From: Alphaproteobacteria bacterium
GTDB taxonomy: Bacteria > Pseudomonadota > Alphaproteobacteria > Bin95
Direction: 5' to 3'
DNA length: 64,000 nucleotides
Assembly (NCBI GenBank): GCA_963665325.3
Contig: CAXXWS020000001.1
Coordinates: 132,252 to 196,251, forward strand
Shown here: positions 9,665 through 19,949 of the stretch, piece by piece
How positions within the stretch are numbered: the first letter of the stretch is position 1
Layout of the letters: the number at the start of each line of letters is the position of its first letter
Program-made: the position numbers and the translations under genes
Notes under the pieces: model-generated
The model's input: the letters and a program-made list of their open reading frames with translations, nothing else
Told to the model about the DNA's origin: nothing
Database searches by the model: none

Positions 9665-11527
9665 GTTGTCCATGGGGATGAAGGGCTTGTCGAGGAAGAC
9701 GCACAGCCCCTCGCGATGCTTGAGCAGTCTGCGCAGCGGCTTGGCCTTGCGCGACCCGTCCGACAGGCTGGCCAGCTCCGCTTCGGCGTCCGCGAACAGG
9801 CGCTCGACGGCGGTCTTCAGGGCAGCCTGCGCCGCGTCGAAGGCCGGCGTCTGGCGTTCGGGTGCGCGAGCGGGGTCGTAATGTTCCAGCCGCTCCTTGT
9901 TCAGCCGGTAGATATCCGCGATCCGCTCGACCCAGCCATCGCTCCAGGCAGAGAGCCGGGCATGGCCGACCACGCTCTGGACGAAGTCGCGCCTCTGGTG
10001 GGCCCAGCACCAGCACAGGATCACCTTGCCGCCGAGTTCGCGCGCCAGCTTCCTGTAGGCGCTGTAGCGGTCGCAGACCACATACACGGTGCAGGCGGTG
10101 TCGCCGAACAGGCTCTTTGCGACCTCGGCGCTGCGCGAGGGGTCGATGAGGTAGTAGACTGCATCCTCGCTGACCGAGATCCACAGCCAGGCGCGGCTCG
10201 ACCGGCCGTTGCGGCGGTACTCCTGCACCCGCCAGCCGGTCTCGTCGGCATGGCGCAGCGTCGCCTTGTTCTGGTGCGCGAGGATCGCTTCGGCGAGCGG
10301 CTCGAACAGCGGCACGAAGCGCTTGATGCTGTCGGCCAGGGTTCCCGGCGAGATCGCCAGCCCCTGGTCCCCCATCCAGGCCGCGATCCGGTTCAGCGGG
10401 CGCAGGCAGACACAGTGCTCGAAGAGAAAGCGCGTCCAGACACCGATCCCGTAGGACGTGTTGTCGAACAGCCGCTCCGGCGGGGGCGCGGTGACTTCCA
10501 GGGGCGAGGACGCGCAGTCGCAACCCCGGCGCCAGCGTGTGCGGAGGATCCTGCGAATGTGGGCCTTGACCTCGATCTCGACGAGGCTCGTGGAACGCTC
10601 GCCGTTGGCGATATAGGGCTTGCCGCAGCAGGAGCAGGTGCGCGCGGCCTTCGGCGGATTGCGCCGTTCCTTCTTCTCGCCGAGCCCGGGCCGCGGGGTG
10701 CGGCCGTGGCCCGGCGCGCCGCGCTGCTGGCCGCGCTTGCGCCCCGTACCCTTCTTCTTCTGCTTCTCGCTCTTGCTCCCGAACAGCGCCTTCGACAAGG
10801 CGCTTCGGGTCGATTGCAGTCGGGCTATCCGGGCTTCCAGTCCCGTGTTCCGGGCCCGCAGCGCCTCTATCTTCTTGCCCTGGCGGGCGTTCGCCCTGCG
10901 CAGAGACGCGAGCTCGTCCTTGCGCTCCCGCGCGCGTTCCAGCGCCTTGTGCAACCGGGCATTCTTCCGCGTCAGGGAAGCGACTTCCCGGCGCAGCGTC
11001 CCGATCGTGTCCTTGTCGGGCTTCCGTGTCGGCGCGGTCTTGGGCGGCCGGACGGCAGCCGTATCCTTCGCGGCTTCCGACGCCCGCAAATCCTGGCGCA
11101 ACCGGACGACTTCCATGCGCAGCGACGTGATCGTGCCGCGCTTGCGCGAATCGACGCCGGCCTCCGAAAGCAGCTTCTCCAGCCGCGCCACTTCCGACTG
11201 GTGGAACAGCGCGTCCTTCGCCGCGCGCCGGACCTCCTTCACCTCCTCGACCGCCGCCTTGAGCTTGTCCCGGCTCTGGTCGAGGTTCCACTTCAGCGAA
11301 CCGGCCTGGGAACGGGCGGTCCGCTCCGCCACAAGCAACGCTTCGGCGCGCGCTTCCGCCGCGTCCGCCCGCGCCCGCTCCTGCTCCGCGCGGGCCTCCG
11401 CCTGTTCGCACAGGGACTGCCAGTCGGGAGGCTCGCACACCGATGCCGCCATGGAAGGCGACCAGAGCCCGTCGTCGCTCTCGGCCAGCGTCAGGGTCGC
11501 CGCAAAATCCTCGTCGCGCATCGCCAT
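9662..11527 (-). pseudogene. tnpC: IS66-family TnpC 2 N-terminal part with long coiled-coil extension, interrupted at MDNN|
   Basis: LFGSKSEK, GQQRGAPGHGR, CxxC, HADETGW, CDRYSAY, CWAHQRRDF. Confidence 0.9.
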
Positions 11528-11604
11528 GGGCGCGACGATAGCGAATCCCGGCCGGCGTTACCCGAGCCGCGCGCATGGCGCCCAAAACGAACTCGGACTG
11601 CCCA

Positions 11605-12243
11605 TCACCCGACGAACGAAGGATTACGCTGGGAGTGGTTGGGGGCGGACGTGGTTGGAGTCGGATTCCACATACGGGCGAGAAACTCGCGTGCCTCGAT
11701 GGCGATGGCCGTGGTGTACATCGCCGTTGTCGCTATGTCGGTATGACCCAGCACGGCTGCGATGGTGGGCAGCGGCACGCCGGCCGTGACGGCGGCGATT
11801 CCGAAGGCGTGGCGTAATCCCTTCGGACAAGCCTGCGGTCCGGAGATCCCGGCGCGATCCATAACGGCGACGATGCGCCGGTGGCCGGTTGCGCGCGACC
11901 AGGGCCAGAGCGGCTCGCCGGCGCGCCGGGCCGGGATGCCGCGCAGCCCGTGGACGAGTTCGAGCGCGCGGAGGGTCTCGGGCGGCAGAGGGACCTCGCG
12001 CCAGTGTTCGGCGCGCCTCTTGAGGCTGGATATCCGGATGGCGCTGGCGTCCAGGTCGATATCGGTCGGTCTCAGTGCGAGGGCCTCGGAGATCCGGGCT
12101 CCGCTGTGCGCCAGGGTCAGGGCGAAGGTCTGATGCTCGGGCTTCGGGGCTCGCGCAGCGGCCTGCAGGAACCGCTCGCGCTCCTCCCGGGTCAGGTATT
12201 TCCGGCCCTGGCGGTCGAACAGGGAGATGGCGTTTCCGGTCAT
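11605..12243 (-). CDS. Small catalytic-domain-only tyrosine recombinase; last codons replaced by IS66 insertion
   Basis: GARISEAL, KGLRHAFG, LGH...TTAMY; original end reconstructs across the TSD as NHSQHI-stop at 5044. Confidence 0.88.
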   Translation of the reverse strand: MTGNAISLFDRQGRKYLTREERERFLQAAARAPKPEHQTFALTLAHSGARISEALALRPTDIDLDASAIRISSLKRRAEHWREVPLPPETLRALELVHGLRGIPARRAGEPLWPWSRATGHRRIVAVMDRAGISGPQACPKGLRHAFGIAAVTAGVPLPTIAAVLGHTDIATTAMYTTAIAIEAREFLARMWNPTPTTSAPNHSQRNPSFVG

Positions 12244-12527
12244 GCTGCGAGGGCGGCGGCAATTCTGGCGACGAGGGCATCATCCACGACGATGCCTATG
12301 CGGTTGCTGTCGAGCATGCGGGATTCGAGGTCGGCGGCCAGGTGCGCATCGGCGTCGAGCGCGGCTTCAATGCGCGCTTCGTCGCCGATGCGGCCGAGAT
12401 GCCAGGCGATCCAGCCGGGGCGCCTTTCGATAGCGCGCTGGTGGACTTCGGCAGGGGTCAGGCGGCGGGCGCGGCCGTCGCCGATGAATTCGTGCTGGGA
12501 GGCGTCGATGTAGATTTCGTAAGGCAT
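12240..12527 (-). CDS. Hypothetical protein translationally coupled to the recombinase
   Basis: 95-aa ORF with ATGA overlap. Confidence 0.5.
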   Translation of the reverse strand: MPYEIYIDASQHEFIGDGRARRLTPAEVHQRAIERRPGWIAWHLGRIGDEARIEAALDADAHLAADLESRMLDSNRIGIVVDDALVARIAAALAA

Positions 12528-12739
12528 GGGCGGAGATTTCCGTGTCGGTCGGCAAGTGCGACATTACCCTTAGCGGTAGTGGCCGTCGAGTGGATTCCGG
12601 GGCCGCCTGCAAGGCTCCAGGAGCGCCGGTCGGGCCTCGCGGCGGGGTGAAGTGCGCCCCGGATTGAGACACTACCGGAATAGTGGATCACAACAAATCC
12701 TCACTTGACGGTGCCCTATTTTTTGTCGTGACATAAACA

Positions 12740-13015
12740 ATGCGGATCGAATACGACCCCGCCAAGCGCAGCACCACGCTTCGTGATCGCGGTCTCGACA
12801 TGGCCGACGCCAGCAACGTGTTCAACGGCCCCACTATCACCATTGAGGACGACCGCAGGGACTACGGCGAGCCCCGGCACATCACAGTCGGAATTCTCGC
12901 CGATCGCATGGTGTTCGTGGCATGGACCCCTCGCGGCGGTGCCCGCCGCATTATCAGCATGAGAAAGGCCAACGCTCGTGAACAAGACCTCTACAGTCCC
13001 CGACTTCGACGATGA
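12740..13015 (+). CDS. brnT: BrnT family toxin
   Basis: YDPAK...RG, EDDRRDYGEPR, RRIISMRKANARE. Confidence 0.92.
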   Translation: MRIEYDPAKRSTTLRDRGLDMADASNVFNGPTITIEDDRRDYGEPRHITVGILADRMVFVAWTPRGGARRIISMRKANAREQDLYSPRLRR

Positions 13016-13217
13016 CCTGCCGGACTTCAGCACACCCGAATGGCAGAAGAAATTCAACAAGGCCACGGTGCGCCGCGGCCGGCCTAAGTCCGATATGACG
13101 AAAGTACGCACCACGCTCCGCCTCGATCCTGACATCCTTGCCGCATTTCGCTCTGGCGGGCCCGGCTGGCAAAGCCGTATCAATGATGCGCTCCGAAAAG
13201 CGGCGGGGCTCACCTGA
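12978..13217 (+). CDS. brnA: BrnA family antitoxin
   Basis: RGRPK, TLRLDPDI...FR..GPGWQSRINDALR. Confidence 0.92.
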   Translation: MNKTSTVPDFDDDLPDFSTPEWQKKFNKATVRRGRPKSDMTKVRTTLRLDPDILAAFRSGGPGWQSRINDALRKAAGLT

Positions 13218-13365
13218 AGAGCCGATGCCGCGAACGTCGCGCTGTAGCGCGGGGCGAGAGCCCTCAACCGTCATCGGCTCCGGATCAAGAGGTTGGATAT
13301 GCGACGGTTGCTTGCCGAGGTGACAGAGTACCGGGACCGGTTCATGCGGGAATGAGAGCGTATTC

Positions 13366-13784
13366 ATGGTCGATCCGACTGACGCGGAACTCAAGGCTGC
13401 CGAGGCGCGCGGCGGCGAGATAATGAAGTCCGAACCCCGGCCACCGCCGCGCATTACGACCGCGAGACGGGCCGTGTGGTGATCGAACTTGCGAATGGCT
13501 GCACGTATATCTTTCCCGCGCAGCTGGCCCAGGAGCTGCACGGTGCCGACGATGACGCCCTGTCCGGCATCGTGGTCGATGGCGCAGGCTTCAACCTGCA
13601 CTGGCCCGCGATCGATGCCGACCTTTACGTCCCCGCCCTGGTCGCGGGCGTGTTCGGCACGCGGGACTGGATGGCGAAGGAGTGGGCGCGCACGGCCGGA
13701 CGCGCCACAACGCCCGCCAAGGCCGCGGTGGCCCGGGCAAACGGCGCGAAAGGAGGCCGACCGCGCAAGAGCCGGGCGAGTTAG
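13366..13784 (+). pseudogene. DUF2442 antitoxin-like protein with -1 frameshift near 13440
   Basis: LHWPAIDADLYVPALVAGVFG...NGAKGGRP; N-terminal MVDPTDAEL...EPR is in another frame (could be a sequencing error). Confidence 0.7.
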
Positions 13785-13880
13785 CAGTCTGTCGGACTTT
13801 GGGTCATCGATTGCGTATGGATTTGTCGCTGGCGGTTTTGTCGTCGGGCTGAGATTGAGCGCGATCCGGACCGGGGTATA

Positions 13881-14909
13881 ATGGGTCCCCGAAACCGGAT
13901 CGGACTTTCCATGCCCTGCCGCATCGTCCTGGCCGTTGTCACGGCCTGCGCTCTTGCAGCCTGCCAGACCGCGAAACCGGACGGCAGCGCCGCCGCGCCC
14001 GGCGTCGAAACCGTCCGCTATACGACCGCAAATGTATCGTCCGGTTTCGCCCTTACGGACGAACGGCTGTCGTCCTTCCCCGTGACGCTCTCCGGCAAGC
14101 TGTGGCTGCCCGAAGGGGACAGGCCCTTCCCGGTTGTCGTATGGGGGCATCCGGGCACCTTCAACAGTAACGATCTGGCGCAATGGCGGCGTGACCTGCG
14201 ACGCGGCCTTGCCGCCGAAGGCATCGGCATCTTCTTTGCCAATTCCTATTCCGGCAGGGGTTTGCCTCGAAAAGTCACCGCCAGGCGGCTGAATTCGACC
14301 AGTCGCTATGTGGACGGGATGCGCGCCCTTGTGGCGCTGGCCGGGCATCCGAGAGTCGATCCGCAGCGGATCGGGGTCAGCGGTGCGAGCTGGGGGGCGA
14401 ATGTCGCCATGCGGCTGCAATGGGAATCCTTCGTCGCCAAGGTCCTGCCGCCCGGCCTTCGCTATGCCGCCCATGTTCCGATCTATCCGCCCTGCTCCGC
14501 GATTATCAAGGATTACACATCGACCGGAGCGCCGATGCTGATCCTGATCGGCGAGAAGGATTACAACGACGCCAGCCGGTGCAAGGACCGGGTTGCCGAG
14601 CTTCGGCAGGCGGGAGCGCGGATCGATCTCGTGACCTATCCGGGCGCTCATCACGGCTTCCTGGCGTCCGTGCCTCCGCGAATGGTCGAGACCCCGGTTT
14701 ACCGGGACTGTATGCCCTACACTGTCGACAGGGCGAACGGTGTCCTTGAGATGAAATTCGGCAGCACGGCCGACATGCCGGTCAAGGAACTGGTCGGCAG
14801 GATGTTCAAGAGCGGCTGCATCGAGCCGCGCGGCATGATCGGCGGCAACGGCGCGGCGACAAGGGACGCGCTGAAGCGCATGATCGCTTTCTTTGCCGCG
14901 AACCTGTAG
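13881..14909 (+). CDS. Dienelactone hydrolase-family lipoprotein
   Basis: Lipobox LAAC; GASWG nucleophile, GEKD, YPGAHHGF. Confidence 0.85.
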   Translation: MGPRNRIGLSMPCRIVLAVVTACALAACQTAKPDGSAAAPGVETVRYTTANVSSGFALTDERLSSFPVTLSGKLWLPEGDRPFPVVVWGHPGTFNSNDLAQWRRDLRRGLAAEGIGIFFANSYSGRGLPRKVTARRLNSTSRYVDGMRALVALAGHPRVDPQRIGVSGASWGANVAMRLQWESFVAKVLPPGLRYAAHVPIYPPCSAIIKDYTSTGAPMLILIGEKDYNDASRCKDRVAELRQAGARIDLVTYPGAHHGFLASVPPRMVETPVYRDCMPYTVDRANGVLEMKFGSTADMPVKELVGRMFKSGCIEPRGMIGGNGAATRDALKRMIAFFAANL

Positions 14910-14959
14910 GGGCCTGGGCGGCGGCCGGGCAAGCCATCATGCGGGTCGTCAAGCTCGAA

Positions 14960-15030
14960 GTTGCCGTATCTCCACGATTGCCGGACATGCCTCTGCAAAC
15001 ATTGGAAACCCCGCCCGACGGAACCGGTTA
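14960..15030 (-). repeat. Orphan copy of the sequence upstream of porin 1
   Basis: Reverse complement closely matches about 31575-31645. Confidence 0.75.
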
Positions 15031-15061
15031 TGCGGGCCGGGTCCAACGGCTGCCTGTCGGT

Positions 15062-15338
15062 TCAGGCTTCGGCCGTTCCATCCCGGCGGGACAGCGTCTG
15101 TCCGAACGCAGCGGCGGACAGTATGGGCACGCAGAATTCTTCCGCGAGCGCCAGGAGATCGCCGTCGCCGGTCACAAGGGCATCGGCCTGCCCGGCAAGC
15201 GCGCGTTCCGGGGATCTACGGCCGGACGGATCGCGGCACTCGGGAACCCTCGGCGGGGGCTCCGGCACAGCGGTCGTCTCGCGGAAGGAAAGACAGTCGT
15301 CGAGAAGGTCCTGCCGGTCATCGCCGCTCAGCGGGAAT
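15062..15338 (-). pseudogene. PIN-family toxin C-terminal fragment
   Basis: CRDP...ALAGQADALVTGDGDLL; homologous to 51490-51720. Confidence 0.75.
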
Positions 15339-15612
15339 GCCGGCTGGAACCGGGGCCGCACCAACTCCGAACACTGGCGCTCGCGCGGGCCCCGGGCGAG
15401 TCTGAGCGTGTCGCTGGCGCTCCCCGCCGGCTTCACCGTCGGCCTGCGCGCCTCCCTGCAGCGCACCGAATACGGGGGCGGGACTTCGCCCACAACACCA
15501 TCGACCGCCAGCCGCGCGAGGATGAGACGCAGACGCTCTCGCTTTCGGCGCATAACCGCGCGGTGACGGTGCTCGGCTTCAGCCCGCGCCTCTCGCTTGT
15601 TCGCAAGGAGCG
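15327..15612 (+). pseudogene. SLAM C-terminal fragment
   Basis: NSEHWRSRGP...AHNTIDRQPREDETQTLSLS..NRAVTVLGFSPRLSLVR, nearly identical to the SLAM genes; frameshifted. Confidence 0.85.
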
Positions 15613-15631
15613 CGGCACCGTTTCACGCCCG

Positions 15632-16852
15632 TCATGACCAGAGACAAGACAGTGGCGCGGCTACCATCCTGTCACCGAACGGCACCAGCTCGGCGCTGTC
15701 ATAGAGAACGACCCCTTGACTGAAACGCTCCCCGCACGCTTCGGCCAAGGACCGTAGCCCTGCGAAATCGCCGGACCTCACAGTTGCAGCCGCCTTGATC
15801 TCGATTCCGGCGATCATACCATCATCGCGCTCCAGAACGATGTCCACTTCGTGCATCTGCTGGTCCCGAAAATGGTAAGGAGCCAGTTGCAGGTCGGACG
15901 CCGTCATCAGTTTCAGGATTTCCGAGAACGCGAAGCTTTCGAGGAGTCCGCCGAATTCTCCACGGTCCGCCTTCAGTCGGGCAAAGCTCAATCCGCGCGC
16001 CGCAGCAAGCAGACCGCAGTCGAGAAAATGCAGCTTGGGGGTCTTCACGATCCTCTTCAGCGCGTTCGTGTGCCAAGGCTGCAATGTGGCAACGACGAAG
16101 ACCTGCTCCAGCAGGCTGACATATCGCTGCCCCGTCTTGTGACTGACACCGATACCGGAACCAAACCGTGAATAGTTGACCAGCTTTCCCGAGTGCTCAG
16201 CCAGCAATCGGACGAATTTCGGCAGTTCGGTCAATTTCTCGATCTCGGCGATATCTCTCAGATCGCGCGTGAGAACCGACGCCAGCCAGGATCGGGCCCA
16301 GGTTTGCCGCCGCCGTTCGCTTGCCCGTGCCAGGGCCTCGGGGAATCCGCCTGCCAACACAGTCCGGACAAGCTCGTCACCGACCAATGCCTGACCGGCG
16401 CCCTGAAGCTCTCCTGCGAACGCCCGGTCAAGGAATGTCGGTCCCGTACCCTCGATTTCTGTGCGCGCCAGCGGAAGCATCCGAAGGGTTTCGATCCGGC
16501 CGGCCAGGCTGTCCGCGACGCGCGGCAAGGTCATCACATTCGCCGAACCGGTCAGCAGGAACCGGCCGGGCCGATAGTCTTCATCCACGGACTTCTTGAT
16601 CGCCAGAAGAAGCTCGGGGGCACGCTGGATCTCATCAATGGTTGCCTCGTTCAAACCGCGAACGAATCCGGCCGGATCGAATTGCGCGGCATTGAGCGTC
16701 GTTCGATCGTCAAGCGTTACATAGGTGCGATTTGTTCCCCCGATCTTGCGGACCAGTGTGGTCTTACCCGCTCGGCGCGGCCCCACGATCAAAACGACCG
16801 GCGTGTCCGAGAGGGCTTCTTCCGCCTTGCGCTCCAACAGGCGCTCGTACAT
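15632..16852 (-). CDS. AAA+ ATPase (AAA_14 + DUF4143)
   Basis: GPRRAGKTT, IDEIQRAP, FLLTGSAN, DSLAGR, EVDIVLE, IEIKA. Confidence 0.9.
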   Translation of the reverse strand: MYERLLERKAEEALSDTPVVLIVGPRRAGKTTLVRKIGGTNRTYVTLDDRTTLNAAQFDPAGFVRGLNEATIDEIQRAPELLLAIKKSVDEDYRPGRFLLTGSANVMTLPRVADSLAGRIETLRMLPLARTEIEGTGPTFLDRAFAGELQGAGQALVGDELVRTVLAGGFPEALARASERRRQTWARSWLASVLTRDLRDIAEIEKLTELPKFVRLLAEHSGKLVNYSRFGSGIGVSHKTGQRYVSLLEQVFVVATLQPWHTNALKRIVKTPKLHFLDCGLLAAARGLSFARLKADRGEFGGLLESFAFSEILKLMTASDLQLAPYHFRDQQMHEVDIVLERDDGMIAGIEIKAAATVRSGDFAGLRSLAEACGERFSQGVVLYDSAELVPFGDRMVAAPLSCLWS

Positions 16853-17104
16853 GCGAGCTATTTCCGTTTTCTTGTCGATTGGAAATATATACCATGATGA
16901 TTGGAGATCAATGATCTGACGATTGGTAATTTTGAGGTTGATAACTGGTACTTGCGATACCTGTTGCACCGTGTACGGCCACGGGCAGGTACTTGTGTCG
17001 CTTGGCCTGTCACGGGTGAAGCAGTCGATTATGTCCGCAATATCTTCGGGCCGCGAGGGTGCCGGAGGGGCGTTGCAACCCATCCCTCCGGCAGCCGGCC
17101 CGAA

Positions 17105-17180
17105 CCGGAAGGAGGCATGGGGAGTGCCTGCTCTGTCCGGGCTGGCCATTCTGCAACGCATACAACGCGGCGAATGGTAT
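17105..17180 (-). repeat. Orphan copy of the conserved post-SLAM non-coding motif
   Basis: Matches 35893-35967 and 60646-60720. Confidence 0.75.
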
Positions 17181-17205
17181 CGCTGCTCGGGGTTCTGGAG
17201 CGGCG

Positions 17206-17510
17206 ATGATCCCGGTTCCGAGCGGGGCGCGGGTCTGGCTTGCGACCGGAGTGACGGACATGTAGCGCGGGATGAACACGCTGGCGCTGCAGGTCCAGCA
17301 GGGTCTCGGTCGCGACCCGGACAAGCTCAAGGCGCGCTTCACACCGGACCGGGGCAGCATGCCCAGCGTCCGCACCGCCAAGCCGCTCCTTGCCGGCTAC
17401 GGCGGCCTGCTCGACGCGGGAGGCGCGGCATGACCGCCAACCAGGACAAGATCGCGACCGACCCCAACAAGGTTGATGCCATAAAGCTCGCGCTGATGCT
17501 CCGCGAGAAC
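17206..17510 (+). pseudogene. Fused IS remnants: IS66 tnpB start followed by IS21-like istA end / istB start
   Basis: [37 protein letters not shown]; then LKARF...YGGLL and VDAIKLALML. Confidence 0.65.
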
Positions 17511-17533
17511 CCGCGTTCGAACCGAGGCGGCGC

Positions 17534-18706
17534 CTATCCATGGATGCGTTTCATGAAGGCATCGAAAAGAGGCACGGTGAACGCCGCATACCCGTATCGC
17601 GGGCTATAGATCATGCCGCTGGCGATCAGCGCCTCCCGGGTCGGACCCATCTGCTGCGACGATTTCCCCAAGGCCCTGGCGATGTCTCCCGTCCGATGAG
17701 GACCGGGGCCACACCGCGCCATCGCGTACAGATAGGCCTTCTGCGGCTCCGACAGGCGTTCGTATCGCGACCTGAAGAAGTTCCGGTCGAGGCGCCCGAT
17801 TGCGGCTTCGCTCGATCTCGCGATGTCTTCTCCGGTAATGGGAGAGACCGCCGCCGTGTTCCAGGCCTGGTATCCCCATTCCTGAAGGAAGTAGGGATAG
17901 CCCCGGGTCTCGCGGATCACCCCGGCGATCGCTTCGTCGTCGAATTCGACATTCGCCTCCGCGGCGGGCTTGACCAGGGCGCGTCTCGCCTCCATCGGGT
18001 CCAGAGCCCCGATATCCGGATATTCGAAGAGACGCTCGGCATAGGTCTTCGCGTTTCCGGAGAGCCTGACCAGCAGCGGCAGTCCCGCGCCGACGACAAG
18101 CAGGGGAAGCCGTTTCTGATCGGTGCGGTGCACGGCCATGATGAGCGCCTCGAACTCCTCGGGCGGCAGGCTCTGGATCTCATCGATCAGGATCACGATC
18201 GAGGTACCGCGCGCCCTGGCCGCCTCACCCGCGGCCACGAAGACTTCGGCAAGGTCGCGGCTCAGCGTGCCGCTGTCCGCCACGCCCGGCTCGCCGTCGA
18301 TATCGACGGCGAATTCGACGCCCTCGACCGTCACCTTCACCGCGCCGACGAAACTCTTCAGAACCCGCAGACTCCTCTTGACGTGTTCGCTCACACCCTT
18401 GATGCGGTCGAGCTTCAGCAGAATCGAGCGCAGGGTGGCAATGACCGTTACCGACAGCGGCTCGTTGTTGGCGACCTCGATGAAATCCGTCAGCGCGCCC
18501 TCTTCCTCGGCCATCGCCTGGACTTCGTTCAGCAGGACCGTCTTGCCGACGCCGCGCAGCCCTACGAACATGAAGCTGCGGGCTGATCGGCCGGACTTGT
18601 TGCGCTGGATCGCGAGGCGGGCGTCGGCGAGAACGCCGTCGCGCCCCGCCAGCTCCGGGGGCGGCGTTCCAGCGCCAGGCGCATAGGGGTTCACGCGTGG
18701 GTCCAT
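17534..18706 (-). CDS. AAA+ ATPase (AAA_16-like) with C-terminal HTH
   Basis: NPYAPGAG.PPPELAGR, GLRGVGKT, LIDEIQ, YAERLF, GYPYFLQ. Confidence 0.88.
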   Translation of the reverse strand: MDPRVNPYAPGAGTPPPELAGRDGVLADARLAIQRNKSGRSARSFMFVGLRGVGKTVLLNEVQAMAEEEGALTDFIEVANNEPLSVTVIATLRSILLKLDRIKGVSEHVKRSLRVLKSFVGAVKVTVEGVEFAVDIDGEPGVADSGTLSRDLAEVFVAAGEAARARGTSIVILIDEIQSLPPEEFEALIMAVHRTDQKRLPLLVVGAGLPLLVRLSGNAKTYAERLFEYPDIGALDPMEARRALVKPAAEANVEFDDEAIAGVIRETRGYPYFLQEWGYQAWNTAAVSPITGEDIARSSEAAIGRLDRNFFRSRYERLSEPQKAYLYAMARCGPGPHRTGDIARALGKSSQQMGPTREALIASGMIYSPRYGYAAFTVPLFDAFMKRIHG

Positions 18707-19055
18707 TCAGCCGCTTCTACATGGTTTATTCGCAACCGGCATAAACATCGCCGGTCCGGCCCCCTGACCGCCACCGCCAGTTTACACCCCACTGCGATAA
18801 ACTTCCTACAAGTCAAGGCGCCTGGCTTTCTGACCGGCGTTCCGGTCTCGCCCCGGACCGTCGGGTACCTGCCCGCACGAGGGCGACGGCCCGCCGCGTG
18901 CCAGTCGCTTCGGCGCAACGGCGCGGCGTGGCGAAGGACGGAGACCCGCGCGTATTCCTCCCCGAACCCCGCATCCTCCATGAAGCGCGCCGTCGGCTCC
19001 TTCGATGCTGATTTGCCCTGCCGGCGGTGCCCGCTGTCGATTCCAGATGGCTGGA

Positions 19056-19949
19056 CTACCGAGAAGTCGAGGCGTGAGGAAGGGTTTCCCGAATGTCCGG
19101 GATGCCGGTCAGAAAGATCGCCTCATGCCGATGACCCGTATAGGCGCACAGGATGTATTCGTTCCAGTGATTCGGCTCCGGACCGTACTTCATCAGATGA
19201 CCGTGCAAGTCGTCCGTCCGGGGCGGTCTCTTCTGCGCCATCATCCGAGCCAGCTCGCGCTCCAGATAGTCGACAAAAGCCTCTTCGGGATAGTCCCGGA
19301 TGACATAGGGCGTGTTGATCACGATATGCCGGTGGCACAAAGGATGCGGCGGCGGAAGCACGCGCACGAACCAGATCTGGCCCTTGCCGCCGGAATAGCC
19401 GGCTGGAACCGCGCAGGAAACGGTCTCCCGCGTGCCGACCTCGCGCAGCAGAACGCCGTCGCCCTCGCTGCCGCAGTGTACATAGAAGCCCATCCGTGAC
19501 CGCTGCATCAGCCCGACGGTGTCCGTCAGCCAGGACGGGGAGTCGAGCTCGGGGGCGATGCGCAGGATGCAGCTGCCCATGGTCTCCCGGCTGCTCCCGA
19601 ACCGGACGTCGAACAGCGCCCACATCGTGAAATAGCTGACGGTCAGCGGGCTCATCGGCGGCCCGGACGGCATGTATTCGTCCTCGGCCTCGCCGACGAT
19701 CCTGACGAAGCCCTTCGCCTCTCTCATCGTGGACATGGATTCCGACATGATGGAGGCGATGTTCTGCGCCAGGGCGTAGATCCCGTGGCAGGGGTCATGG
19801 TCCGCGAACTTCGCGGGGACCGGACCCTCGCCGCCAAGACCAGCGTCGAGGGCCATCTTCCTGCCCTCCCGCCAGTTCGCCAGATCGACGACCTTCGAGC
19901 CGCGGGACGAAACGATCTTCTTCGCCATCTTGTCGGCAACGGAACCCAT
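19056..19949 (-). CDS. Hypothetical protein
   Basis: 297-aa ORF with typical codon bias; no motif recognised. Confidence 0.7.
   Translation of the reverse strand: MGSVADKMAKKIVSSRGSKVVDLANWREGRKMALDAGLGGEGPVPAKFADHDPCHGIYALAQNIASIMSESMSTMREAKGFVRIVGEAEDEYMPSGPPMSPLTVSYFTMWALFDVRFGSSRETMGSCILRIAPELDSPSWLTDTVGLMQRSRMGFYVHCGSEGDGVLLREVGTRETVSCAVPAGYSGGKGQIWFVRVLPPPHPLCHRHIVINTPYVIRDYPEEAFVDYLERELARMMAQKRPPRTDDLHGHLMKYGPEPNHWNEYILCAYTGHRHEAIFLTGIPDIRETLPHASTSR

Larger units (their letters stand above)
5060..11627 (-). mobile_element. IS66-family element 2 (tnpC plus DUF4338 passenger) containing RIT copy 2
   Basis: Perfect 27-bp TIR GTAATCCTTCGTTCGTCGGGTGATGGG (5060-5086 / 11601-11627); 8-bp target duplication GCTGGGAG (5052-5059, 11628-11635). 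Confidence 0.95.
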
